Shown here: in pieces, positions 20,424-29,950 of the stretch
Layout of the letters: every line of letters begins with the position of its first letter
Position numbering within the stretch: the stretch's first letter is position 1
Source: Spirochaetota bacterium
GTDB taxonomy: Bacteria; Spirochaetota; UBA4802; UBA5550
Length of the DNA: 64,000 bases
Direction: 5' to 3'
NCBI GenBank assembly: GCA_050298055.1
Contig: JBNKTL010000025.1
Coordinates: forward strand, 1 to 64,000
Program-made: the position numbers and the translations under genes
The notes under the pieces: generated by a model
What the model saw: only the letters and a program-made list of their open reading frames with translations
Databases searched by the model: none
Told to the model about the DNA's origin: nothing

Positions 20424-20696
20424 ATGAGTGATAAAATTAAAGCGCACCATGTTCTCCCTGCAAATACAAAGGCATTCACCTGCGCAAAGTGCGGTGCCGT
20501 GTCCCTCTCTTCCGACGGTGTCTGTGAAGTCATGGGTACGGCAACCAAAGGTGAATGGTGCGGAATTGAGCACAGGTATCATCCGAGTAAATGCAAAACA
20601 GGAATGAACAATGAGAGGTTCAAGTGCGGGAAGTGCGGCCAGGTATCCATAAATCCGGAGCTTTTATGTGAGCCCGAAAAAATGGAAAAGGAATAG
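20424..20696 (+). CDS. Small Cys-rich protein with duplicated CxxC module
   Basis: GAGG RBS; FTCAKCGAVS..VCE and FKCGKCGQVS..LCE repeats; 8 Cys in 90 aa. Confidence 0.8.
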   Translation: MSDKIKAHHVLPANTKAFTCAKCGAVSLSSDGVCEVMGTATKGEWCGIEHRYHPSKCKTGMNNERFKCGKCGQVSINPELLCEPEKMEKE

Positions 20697-20828
20697 CGAT
20701 CAAATCCCTTTAATCGTGACGCTGCCTCCATGGTAAAATGAGTCATAGAGATGAATATGTATTGACATGAGTTTTTTTTCTCCTAATAATAGAGTATCTG
20801 TCTCAAGAGCTCTTAAAAAAAGAGAAGG

Positions 20829-21434
20829 TTGGAGGGGACGGTTATGATGGTGAAGAACCTGGCCGATAATCTTGAAAACAAGAAAAAATACCTATTCCTC
20901 TCAATAAACAGCAGTTGTCTTCAGTACCTGGAGGGGACGAAGTTACTCATTCCGGAAGATGAATCAGAAAGAGGATTATTTCTTAAGAGTTCTGTTTCTT
21001 ATAAGATTATTCTTGGTGAACCCCTTCTTGAACTTACATCCTTTGAATCTTCAGGGTTCTTTGATGAGAAGTTTGATATGACATTCTCCTTCGGGATGCA
21101 CTACCTGATGCAGAAAGATTATTTTGTTTACGATTCTGACGGTCTCAAGAAAGAGGAGATGACACCCATAGACAACCTGATGAAAAAGGTTATTAGACGC
21201 AGGGGCAAGTTTGAATATGGTGATGAGCTGATGATAAAGGAACTTGATCTCAACGATGCCTCGGGAATAATTTTTTTTACAAAGGATGCAAAAGCCAACC
21301 TTAAAAATTCCGGAATGGACAGGAAGATCAGGAGGTTTGATCTCATTAAGGAGAGGTCCGTTTCATTTTCCAATTTTGAAGAGTTTGATAAGAAGATCCG
21401 GGATGGGAAGGTCCGTGAATTTGAATGGAACTAG
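20829..21434 (+). CDS. Hypothetical protein
   Basis: ~200-aa ORF overlapping the sppA start; true start may be 20844 after GGAGG. Confidence 0.7.
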   Translation: MEGTVMMVKNLADNLENKKKYLFLSINSSCLQYLEGTKLLIPEDESERGLFLKSSVSYKIILGEPLLELTSFESSGFFDEKFDMTFSFGMHYLMQKDYFVYDSDGLKKEEMTPIDNLMKKVIRRRGKFEYGDELMIKELDLNDASGIIFFTKDAKANLKNSGMDRKIRRFDLIKERSVSFSNFEEFDKKIRDGKVREFEWN

Positions 21435-23887
21435 CACAGAGAAAGAGATTGAGGATTGTTGCTGCTGTATTGTTACTGCTGTTTACCCCGGGGATGGCCG
21501 TCTCCTCTGAAATTAATCCATTCAGACAGCCTCTCTATGACGGATCTGTAAGTTTTTCTGACAGTGGATTCTCTCACCTGATAAACCCGGTATTTACTGA
21601 TGTCCCCGAAAGTTCATATTTTTCGTACAGGTACAACAGGTATGAGGATGAAAAAAAAGGAAACCATTTCGCGGCATTGAAGGTTCTCGGATTTTCTCTT
21701 ACCTATGGGAGGTTCAGCTGTTACGGGAGCACAGAAAGTGCCGGGAATACAGACAGTGATTCCCACTACTACAATATCAGCAGGGGATTTTTCTTTGGCA
21801 ACCTGTTCGGTTTTGGAGCGGGATATTCATTTTCCAGAAGTGATCACGACAATTATGATAGCCTGAAGTCATGGGATTTTGGGCTTCTGCTGAGGCCCTT
21901 TTCATTCATATCACTGGGTGCTGTCTTCAGGGACTATGACGGGAAAACAGGTGGCGGTGAAATAAAGAGGTCGGAAATCTACTCAATCTCCATCAGGCCC
22001 TATGGCAACAGGCTCACTCTCTCTTCGGACGCTCTCAGGTATTCCGGTGAGAATTACAGGGATATGGACTATTCATACTCCATCAGCATGAGGATACCCT
22101 ATGAGTTATCTTTCTTTCTGCGCGGTGACAGGGAAAAGAACTTCATGTTCGGCCTGACACTCCCCTTTTACATGAGAAAGGGAAACATCGCCGGCCTGAA
22201 ACTGGAAGGTTACGGTTCACGGACAGATGAGAAAAGTCCGGATTTCATTGGTGTGGGTTTCAGCTACACCGACTCTGCAAATGAAAAAGCCATTGTCTCT
22301 GCCCCGGGACGAAATATGCTCATGGTCAGGATTGCCGAAAGCTACAATGAAACAGAGATACGCAGTTTTTTTGGTGAAAGGAAGCTGGTTTTTTATGACC
22401 TCATCCGGGGAATGGACGAGGCCCTGGGGGACAGGACCATAGACGGTTTAATACTACGGATTGATCAGGCAGAACTTGGTTTTGCGCAGCTGCAGGAACT
22501 CAGGGGAATTATGAAGAAATTCCGGGATGCGGGAAAACAGGTGGTGTCCATCCTCACGGCAACCGGCAACAAGGAGTACTTTCTCGCGTCAGAATCTGAC
22601 AGAATATATCTTTCTCCCAATGCCCCCTTCGGTCTCCGGGGACTTAAGGCTGAAGTATACTTTTTTAAGAAGCTCGCAGACAGTGCCGGTATCAGGTTTG
22701 AATCTATCAGGAGAGGACGCTATAAATCATTTTCAGAACCCTGGACACGGGAAAAGATGTCTCCTGAATTCAGGGAGAACATGAACCAGGTCCTGGGTGA
22801 CCTCAATGAACAGTTTCTCGGTTCAATCTCCGGGAGCAGAGGGATCTCCCGGAAGGATCTTAACGAGATCCTCTCCAAGGGGGTTCTGACTCCCGAGGAA
22901 GCAAAAGAAAAGAATGTTGTGGATAAAGTCATGTATCCCCATGAAGCAATTAAGGATATTGGCAGTAAGGTCATTCCTGTGGATCTGAAACAGTACCTTG
23001 ATGAGAATAAGACCCTGCATACATGGGGCCCGGTACCTGTTATTGCCGTGATCTATGTGGACGGATCGATTATAAAGGGGAAGTCCAGGATCAGCCGGTA
23101 TACCAGGGGAATTGGTGATGAATCCTATGCTGAGGTCCTTGAGAGAATATTTGGTGACAGCAGTGTAAAGGCAGTTGTGCTGAGAGTAGATTCGAGAGGC
23201 GGATCTGCCGAGGCGTCCGATTTTATGTGGAGAAGTCTTACCCGGCTGAAAGAGAAATATAAAAAGCCTGTTGTAATCTCTTTTGGAAATATTGCCGCCT
23301 CCGGCGGGTACTATATTGCGTGTACGGGAGACAGGATATACAGCAGCCCCGGTACAATTACCGGGTCAATAGGTGTGGTCTTCGGAAAACTTTCACTGAG
23401 TGAACTCTATGGAAAACTGGGCATCAACAAGGAAGTGATCAAAATGGACAGGTTTGCTGACATAATGTCCGAATCCAGGAGACTCACAGATGAGGAGAAA
23501 AAGATACTGCAGAAGGGAATTGATTTTATCTACGGGAGGTTTCTTGATAAAGTTAAGAAAGCGAGGAAGATAGGTGCCGGGAAAATAGAGAGTGTGGCAG
23601 AGGGAAGGGTCTTTACCGGAAACCAGGCGGGAAAGAACAGGCTTGTGGATGAAATGGGAGGCCTCCTCACAGCTATTGAATACGCAAAAGCTCTTACCGG
23701 TATAGAGAGAAAATTTGCTGTCCTGAGTCTTCCAGAATATACGACCTTCATGGATGGCATTATTCAGACAAAGAGTCTCGGACCGCTGGGAAGCTTTTTC
23801 AGCAGGCTATACGGGGATTCTCAAATTGATCTGCTTTTAAATTCAGATTATCTCTATCTCTTTCCCTATGTTTTAAAAATAAGATAG
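21425..23887 (+). CDS. sppA: Signal peptide peptidase SppA with N-terminal beta-strand-rich extension
   Basis: LRVDSRGGS, GNIAASGGYY (Ser), RGRYKSFSE (Lys), TITGSIGV, AEGRVFTG; signal peptide. Confidence 0.9.
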   Translation: MELAQRKRLRIVAAVLLLLFTPGMAVSSEINPFRQPLYDGSVSFSDSGFSHLINPVFTDVPESSYFSYRYNRYEDEKKGNHFAALKVLGFSLTYGRFSCYGSTESAGNTDSDSHYYNISRGFFFGNLFGFGAGYSFSRSDHDNYDSLKSWDFGLLLRPFSFISLGAVFRDYDGKTGGGEIKRSEIYSISIRPYGNRLTLSSDALRYSGENYRDMDYSYSISMRIPYELSFFLRGDREKNFMFGLTLPFYMRKGNIAGLKLEGYGSRTDEKSPDFIGVGFSYTDSANEKAIVSAPGRNMLMVRIAESYNETEIRSFFGERKLVFYDLIRGMDEALGDRTIDGLILRIDQAELGFAQLQELRGIMKKFRDAGKQVVSILTATGNKEYFLASESDRIYLSPNAPFGLRGLKAEVYFFKKLADSAGIRFESIRRGRYKSFSEPWTREKMSPEFRENMNQVLGDLNEQFLGSISGSRGISRKDLNEILSKGVLTPEEAKEKNVVDKVMYPHEAIKDIGSKVIPVDLKQYLDENKTLHTWGPVPVIAVIYVDGSIIKGKSRISRYTRGIGDESYAEVLERIFGDSSVKAVVLRVDSRGGSAEASDFMWRSLTRLKEKYKKPVVISFGNIAASGGYYIACTGDRIYSSPGTITGSIGVVFGKLSLSELYGKLGINKEVIKMDRFADIMSESRRLTDEEKKILQKGIDFIYGRFLDKVKKARKIGAGKIESVAEGRVFTGNQAGKNRLVDEMGGLLTAIEYAKALTGIERKFAVLSLPEYTTFMDGIIQTKSLGPLGSFFSRLYGDSQIDLLLNSDYLYLFPYVLKIR

Positions 23888-24094
23888 ATCGGAACAACAT
23901 GTCAGTTATATCCATGAAAATGCTTATTCCTGCATAGGGCTGAGTTGTTACGGTGATCCATGCAGTAGTTGTTAATTTGTTGACAAAATATCAAAGAGGT
24001 ATTTCAATAATTTGAAATGCCTGCAGAGTAGATATACCGGTATTTTAACCGTAAGGATGAGTAGCTACAAAAAAAGTACTTCAGGGTTGGCACT

Positions 24095-25048
24095 ATGGAT
24101 ATTTTATTAGTAAACAGCACAGACAATGCAAAAGCCGCAGTAAAGAAATCTCTGGAAAAAATGAAGATGAACCTGATGTTCATCGAAGGAATTGAAAAGA
24201 CACTGGATCTTATCAAGAAAGAACATCCCCAGGTGGTCCTTATTAACTGGGGCAAAAAAGACAGCTTTGATATGATAGCTCTCTGCAAGAAGATAAGAAG
24301 GTTAAAGCTTTCCAAGTATGTCTATATAATTCTCATGATATCAAAGGAGCGGATAGCTGAAGTACAGGGCCTGATAAACTCCGGAGCAGATGACTTTCTT
24401 CTGAGGCCCTTTGGTGAAGAAGAACTCAGGGTGAGAGTCAATAAAGCCAAGAAAACAATCATTGTTGAAGACAAGCTCCTCAAATCCAAGAAAAACCTGA
24501 TGAAACTTGCCAAGGAAGATCCCCTGACGAATCTTCTCAACCGGCGTTCACTTCTTGATGAGGCGCTCAAGGAGATGGGCAGGTCAACCCGGGAAAATAA
24601 GTATCTGTCATCGATACTTATCAGGATTAATAATTTTCAGGATATTGTTGATGAAAGGGGAGGCATTGCCGGCAGGGCGCTGCTCCTGGAGGCCAGCAAC
24701 AGGGTCAGGTTGTCCTGCAGACCCTACGATAAGGTAGGCAGGTATTCTGTTTCCGATTTTCTCATAATACTTCCCGATACCGGGATAAAGAACGCCAAAA
24801 AGGTTGCCGGCAGGGTGCTTGATTCGTTAAACGAGGAGTTCCTGGTCAACAGGGAAGTCCTGGAACTGAACACCTCCATAGGGATATCGGAGATAGATCC
24901 TGATGATGTAAACCTGGTAAAGGAGAAGCATTCCGATGACCTTCTTATGGACGACCTTCTTCTTGATTCCCTTATAAAGAGATCGGAGACTGCCGTTGAG
25001 AAGGCAAGGGAGAGAGGGAACAACCTCTTTGAGGTTATTACCGATTAA
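24095..25048 (+). CDS. REC-GGDEF protein, catalytically degenerate
   Basis: DPLTNLLNRR; RPYD I-site; RYSVSDF in place of RYGGDEF; REC domain lacks the canonical acidic residues. Confidence 0.85.
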   Translation: MDILLVNSTDNAKAAVKKSLEKMKMNLMFIEGIEKTLDLIKKEHPQVVLINWGKKDSFDMIALCKKIRRLKLSKYVYIILMISKERIAEVQGLINSGADDFLLRPFGEEELRVRVNKAKKTIIVEDKLLKSKKNLMKLAKEDPLTNLLNRRSLLDEALKEMGRSTRENKYLSSILIRINNFQDIVDERGGIAGRALLLEASNRVRLSCRPYDKVGRYSVSDFLIILPDTGIKNAKKVAGRVLDSLNEEFLVNREVLELNTSIGISEIDPDDVNLVKEKHSDDLLMDDLLLDSLIKRSETAVEKARERGNNLFEVITD

Positions 25049-26379
25049 CCGAGAAGTTCAGAGAGCAGGAATGCCATTTCGAGGCTCTGTGTATAGTTGA
25101 GCCGGGGGTCGCAGTATGTTTCATAATTGCGGTTGAGATCATCATCTTTCAGGTTTATTGCGCCGCCGGTACACTCGGTCACATCATCTCCTGTGAGTTC
25201 AAAATGGACACCGCCGATAAAAGTGCCCGCTTCCCTGTGCGCCCTGAAGGTCTCCTTGATTTCCCGTAATATATCATCAAAATTTCTCTTCTTGATCGTG
25301 TGACCGATATTTACAATGTTTCCATGCATGGGGTCGCAGCTCCATGTGACCTTTCGTTTTGATTTCTCTACCTTCTTTATCAACGCGGGAAGTTTTTTTT
25401 CAACGGAACCGGCACCCATCCGTGCTATCAGTGTTATGCGTCCTTCCTCGTTTTCCGGGTTCAGTCTGTGCAAAAGTTCATTGAGTTCTTCGGGATCAAT
25501 TTTACCGCTTATCTTTATACCGATTGGATTATGTATCCCCCTGAAATACTCCACATGGGCCCCGTCAATACTTCGTGTTCTCTCTCCAATCCAGAGCATG
25601 TGCGCTCCCAGGTTGTAGTATCTTCCTGTTTCCGGGTCTTTTCGTGTAAGGGCCTCTTCATATCCCAGGTGAAGGCCCTCATGTGAAGTGAAAAAATCCA
25701 CCCTGCCCAGGGTCTCCGGTTTCAGCCCCCCGAAGGACTCCATGAAGTTTATGGCATCCAGGATCCTTTCCACGGTGTTTTTGTATTTCTGCCATTCACC
25801 GGTTTTCTCAATGGAATGAAGCTCCCATGTGTAGGGATGGTGAAGGTCCGCGAAACCTCCTGCGATTATTGCCCGGATATAGTTCAGGGTGGTGACCGAG
25901 TGAAAAAATGCCATAAGGAGCCTTTCCGGATCGGGTTCCCTGTTTTCCGGACCCGGCTCATAGATATTGATGCTGTCACCCCTGTATGTGGGTATCTGGC
26001 TGTTGTTCACGGTTTCATAAGGATTTGACCTGGGCTTAAAGTACTGGCCGGCGATCCTTCCAATCTTCACCACAGGCTTACGCGCGCCATAGGTCAGGAT
26101 AACGCTCATCTGCAGCAGTATCTTTATCTTGTTGATAATTGCGTTCTCGTTGCAGTCGAGAAACCTCTCTGCGCAGTCACCCCCCTGGAGGATAAATCTC
26201 TTCCCGTTCCCCGCCATGCTGATCTGCCGCTTCAGGTTTTCCACCTCACCGGGGAAAACCAGGGGAGGATACGACTCGATTTTCTCCAGGACTTTGCTGT
26301 AGCTGTCAGTATCCCTGTATTCGGGCTGCTGTGCCGCTTTGAAGTTTTTCCAGCTGTTTTTAGACCAGTTCTTGTTCAT
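25045..26379 (-). CDS. Class II DAHP synthase
   Basis: AAQQPEY, LQGGDCAERF, GRIAGQYFKPRS, TSHEGL, WIGERTR, CDPMHGN, CDPRLN. Confidence 0.95.
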   Translation of the reverse strand: MNKNWSKNSWKNFKAAQQPEYRDTDSYSKVLEKIESYPPLVFPGEVENLKRQISMAGNGKRFILQGGDCAERFLDCNENAIINKIKILLQMSVILTYGARKPVVKIGRIAGQYFKPRSNPYETVNNSQIPTYRGDSINIYEPGPENREPDPERLLMAFFHSVTTLNYIRAIIAGGFADLHHPYTWELHSIEKTGEWQKYKNTVERILDAINFMESFGGLKPETLGRVDFFTSHEGLHLGYEEALTRKDPETGRYYNLGAHMLWIGERTRSIDGAHVEYFRGIHNPIGIKISGKIDPEELNELLHRLNPENEEGRITLIARMGAGSVEKKLPALIKKVEKSKRKVTWSCDPMHGNIVNIGHTIKKRNFDDILREIKETFRAHREAGTFIGGVHFELTGDDVTECTGGAINLKDDDLNRNYETYCDPRLNYTQSLEMAFLLSELLG

Positions 26380-26609
26380 TCTATCCTGTGGCAGCTAAAT
26401 AGAGATTGTAACGACTAAGCTATTATAAAAATTAACGCATCATATTTTGTAAATGATAAAAATTAAAGTTTTTACTCAACTGCAGGGCTAAAATACACAT
26501 CAGCCATCCTTTTATCCATTAACATATTTAAGTTTAAGCAAAGTTGAGTAGCAGCGAAATAAGTTTCCTATTTTAAATACATGGTATTATTTCTATAATG
26601 CAAAAAAGT

Positions 26610-26638
26610 TTGACAATGACTTACTATGCTGATATACT
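26610..26638 (+). promoter_or_regulatory. Near-consensus sigma70 promoter
   Basis: TTGACA-17 bp-TATACT. Confidence 0.65.
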
Positions 26639-26790
26639 GTTCGGTACAATTTTGAGGAGGTATCTTGTGAGATATCTTAGATTTGTTTTTATGCTTATTT
26701 CCCCTTCTTTATCATCTTTATCTTCTTTGTCCTCTGAAATTCCTCAAAAAAATTTTATATTAAACAAAAGATTTTTCAATATATTAATTT

Positions 26791-26930
26791 GTAACAACTC
26801 AGCTGTAGGGCTAATAATAAATGTATTTGCTAAAATATCAACGATATGCTCCCGACACCGTTGGCGGTGGGGGACATACCAGTTATATTTTCAATAAATA
26901 TCATTATTCTTGAACATAGCGGAGTTGTTC
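26791..26930 (+). mobile_element. MITE-like repeat copy 4 with 8-bp target-site duplication
   Basis: Left end GTAACAACTCAGCT; right end AGCGGAGTTGTTC; flanked by ATTAATTT at 26783-26790 and 26931-26938; decayed central hairpin. Confidence 0.85.
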
Positions 26931-26967
26931 ATTAATTTTTTAAAAAAAATTTTAAAAGGAGATCATA

Positions 26968-28206
26968 ATGAAAAGAACATCTTTAATTATGTCTTTCCTG
27001 ATTGTAGCAGGTATATGTGACTCGGCACTTGCAACAAACGGAATGAGAATGATAGGATTTGGTCCTGTCCAGAGGTCAATGGGTGGTGCAAACATTGCAT
27101 CGCCGCAGGACGCTTCAGTGGTAATCACAAATCCTGCAGGTATGAGTGAATTGAAAGCACGTGTGGATTTCGGTTCATCTTATTTTCAGCCAAGTACCGA
27201 ATACAGTGGTACGGGCGTAATGGCCGGTGTTTTCTCAAAAGGTGACGGTGAAACAGTAGAGAGTGATACAAAAGCATCCCCTATTCCCGCCCTGGGGATT
27301 ATACTTCCCATTAATGATAAGATGAATTTTGGAATTGGCGCATACGGAGTTGCCGGAATGGGTGTTGATTATGAGAGAAACCTTTACGGTTCAAACACTT
27401 ACAGTTCCTATTCGCAGATGAGATTCGCTCCCGCGCTCTCTTACAGGATCAACCAGATGATTTCTGCGGGGGTATCACTGAACATAATGTATGCAACCAT
27501 GAGTTTTGATGCGGGAAGGGAAGCTTTTGCTATGATGACAAATCCTCCCCATATGAACGCTGCCTCTTTTGGTTATGGAGCAACAATTGGAGTCCTTGTC
27601 AAGCCGATGGAAATTCTTTCAGGAGCCATCGCGTATGAAACAAAGAGCAGGTTCCAGGACTTTGAGTTTAATACATATGATACTCAGGGTACCGGCACAT
27701 ATGCGAAGGACAAAATTGAATTCAATCAGCCTGATAGTATTACCGGTGGAATTTCACTCTTTCCCATAAAGGGGTTGATAGTAGCCCTTGAAGTTCAGTA
27801 TATCAGGTGGAGTACAACAAACGGGAAGGACCAGCCTGAGTTTTCGACTAACGGAAGTAACTCAAGTGAATGGAATCTCGACTGGGATGACCAGCTGGTT
27901 TATAAAATCGGTCTCTCATACCTTGTTATGCCGATGCTGGTTGTCAGGGCAGGTTATAACTATGGGAAGATGCCTCTTAATTCTGACAGGGCCTTTGAAA
28001 ACATCGCTTTCCCTGCTATTACGGAACAGCACATTACATTGGGTGTCGGGGTAAAGACTGGTGAGAACACAACCGTAAATATCGGTTTTATGTACTCACC
28101 GGAAGCATCACTGAGCGGATCAAACGCAGCGGGCCAGTACATCACTGATTATGAGACAAAGATGACTCAGTACTCATTTGATTTTGGTATAAGTTACGCT
28201 TTCTGA
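26968..28206 (+). CDS. OmpP1/FadL/TodX-family outer-membrane transporter
   Basis: Signal peptide, TNG...SMGGA..NPAG hatch motif, beta-barrel pattern, C-terminal YAF. Confidence 0.9.
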   Translation: MKRTSLIMSFLIVAGICDSALATNGMRMIGFGPVQRSMGGANIASPQDASVVITNPAGMSELKARVDFGSSYFQPSTEYSGTGVMAGVFSKGDGETVESDTKASPIPALGIILPINDKMNFGIGAYGVAGMGVDYERNLYGSNTYSSYSQMRFAPALSYRINQMISAGVSLNIMYATMSFDAGREAFAMMTNPPHMNAASFGYGATIGVLVKPMEILSGAIAYETKSRFQDFEFNTYDTQGTGTYAKDKIEFNQPDSITGGISLFPIKGLIVALEVQYIRWSTTNGKDQPEFSTNGSNSSEWNLDWDDQLVYKIGLSYLVMPMLVVRAGYNYGKMPLNSDRAFENIAFPAITEQHITLGVGVKTGENTTVNIGFMYSPEASLSGSNAAGQYITDYETKMTQYSFDFGISYAF

Positions 28207-28273
28207 TTAATTTCAAATTTTGAACCTGTATCTGACGAAACTGCCTCACCTGTTTGGTCAGTCACAGCCGAAG

Positions 28274-28298
28274 GGAGAGAGGATTTATTCCTCTCTCC
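28274..28298 (+). terminator. Hairpin after the FadL-family gene (possible terminator)
   Basis: GGAGAGAGGA-TTTAT-TCCTCTCTCC 10-bp stem; no T-tract. Confidence 0.4.
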
Positions 28299-28532
28299 AT
28301 CTCGAGTTCATGACGAGTATCCACATCCACGCTCTTACCCCCTGATCTTAACCGTCAGCAATCAATAAGATTTACCTCATTAAAAACCGGGACTCCCGGT
28401 AACCGGTTTTTGTTATATAATAATAATCAAAAACGATGATTTCATAAAGTGAAAAAATGCATATAATGCGTGTATCAGGGAATCAAAAAGAACCTTAATC
28501 GGTATAAGGCCGGTGAGGAGAGGAGGCCCAAA

Positions 28533-28715
28533 ATGGTACGTTTTGATGTAAATTATATTGAGAGACGAAAGAGTTTCAGGATATTTCCCGATGCGGTCAA
28601 CGGGATAATAAATACCATTTTAACAATTATTGTTTTGGGTACAACACTGATGTTTTATGTCTCTGCCTGTAATAAACATGATGTTGTAAACTTAATAGCA
28701 GGATTGTTTCATTGA
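28533..28715 (+). CDS. Small single-TM hypothetical protein (60 aa)
   Basis: AGGAGG RBS upstream of ATG 28533; hydrophobic IINTILTIIVLGTTLMFYV. Confidence 0.55.
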   Translation: MVRFDVNYIERRKSFRIFPDAVNGIINTILTIIVLGTTLMFYVSACNKHDVVNLIAGLFH

Positions 28716-28920
28716 TCTTTTTATTTTCCGGACCGCGGGTGAAAGTAAGTGAAACCGGGCCGGGAACAGGTATAAGGTATATATTCCCAATAATAATTGC
28801 TGCTGAATTTTTTCGTTGCCTGAGAGTGGAAAATCATTTCCTTTTATATTATCATTAATTTGATTTCTCAGTTATAAACCGGCAGAGGAATTGTAGTGCA
28901 ATTTCCTGTGATTTATTGTT

Positions 28921-29889
28921 ATGCAAATTATAAAGAAAAAACTATACGTTAAAAGTCATTACATAAGAGTCTGTATTATTGCGTTTCTGGTATTTTTATG
29001 TATCTACTTTACATACTATTTCCATATCATAATAAAAACAGGGGAGGGTATCAGTCATTTCTTCTATATACCGATTATTCTTTCGGTGTTATGGTGGGGA
29101 AAAAAGGGGAATATCGTAGCCGTCCTTCTGGCATTAATGCTGATCTCTGCCGACCATCTGTTTGGCATAGGTGAGACAAAATTTTTTGATTACGTGCGGG
29201 GAATAATGCTTGTTGCCGTATCATATATTCTTTCTCATTTCATATTGACCATTGAAAGATCTTTGAATAAAATAAGAAAGCTGCAGAATGAAATAATGAA
29301 AATTACCACAAAGGAGAGGCAGAGAATAGGGCAGGACCTGCATGACGGGCTGGGACAAAACCTGACTGCGGCCACTTTCCTCCTCGAAGCCCTGGGTGAA
29401 GAAAAAGATTCATTGCTGCCGCAGATCGAAAAAATCCATGAGATCATAAGCGGCGCAATAGTGCAGACAAAAAACCTCTCAAGAATGCTCTGCCCGGTTG
29501 AATTGGAAAAAGAGGGGCTTGTTTCCGCAATAGTGAGAATGGCGGAAGCGACCGAAAAGATCTTCAAAGTCAGGTGCAATGTTTTTTCAGACAGCAATTT
29601 TCAGGTGGATGATGAACAGACGGCAATTCATCTTTATTATATCGTACGGGAAGCTGTTAATAACGCAATAAGGCATGGAGCAGCCGGGAAAATAGAAATA
29701 AATTTAAAAAGCGGTAATGGTAAAAAATATTTATCGGTTAAAGATAACGGTTCCGGATCAACAGGAGAAAAAAAGAATGAGGGTATGGGACTTTATATTA
29801 TGCAGTACAGGGCACACATAATCGGTGCCGATTTTTCTGCGGGCAATCATGATGAAGGAGGATTCATGGTCCAAGTCGGGATGAATTGA
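28921..29889 (+). CDS. Membrane sensor histidine kinase (HisKA_3)
   Basis: Four N-terminal TM segments, ERQRIGQDLHDGLGQ, REAVNNAIRHG, DNGSG, GMGL. Confidence 0.92.
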   Translation: MQIIKKKLYVKSHYIRVCIIAFLVFLCIYFTYYFHIIIKTGEGISHFFYIPIILSVLWWGKKGNIVAVLLALMLISADHLFGIGETKFFDYVRGIMLVAVSYILSHFILTIERSLNKIRKLQNEIMKITTKERQRIGQDLHDGLGQNLTAATFLLEALGEEKDSLLPQIEKIHEIISGAIVQTKNLSRMLCPVELEKEGLVSAIVRMAEATEKIFKVRCNVFSDSNFQVDDEQTAIHLYYIVREAVNNAIRHGAAGKIEINLKSGNGKKYLSVKDNGSGSTGEKKNEGMGLYIMQYRAHIIGADFSAGNHDEGGFMVQVGMN

Positions 29890-29950
29890 TTGGGATGACA
29901 GATTTTTCCCTGAGAAAGAAAAAACGGGTTATTTCATTTGTAATAAGGAC

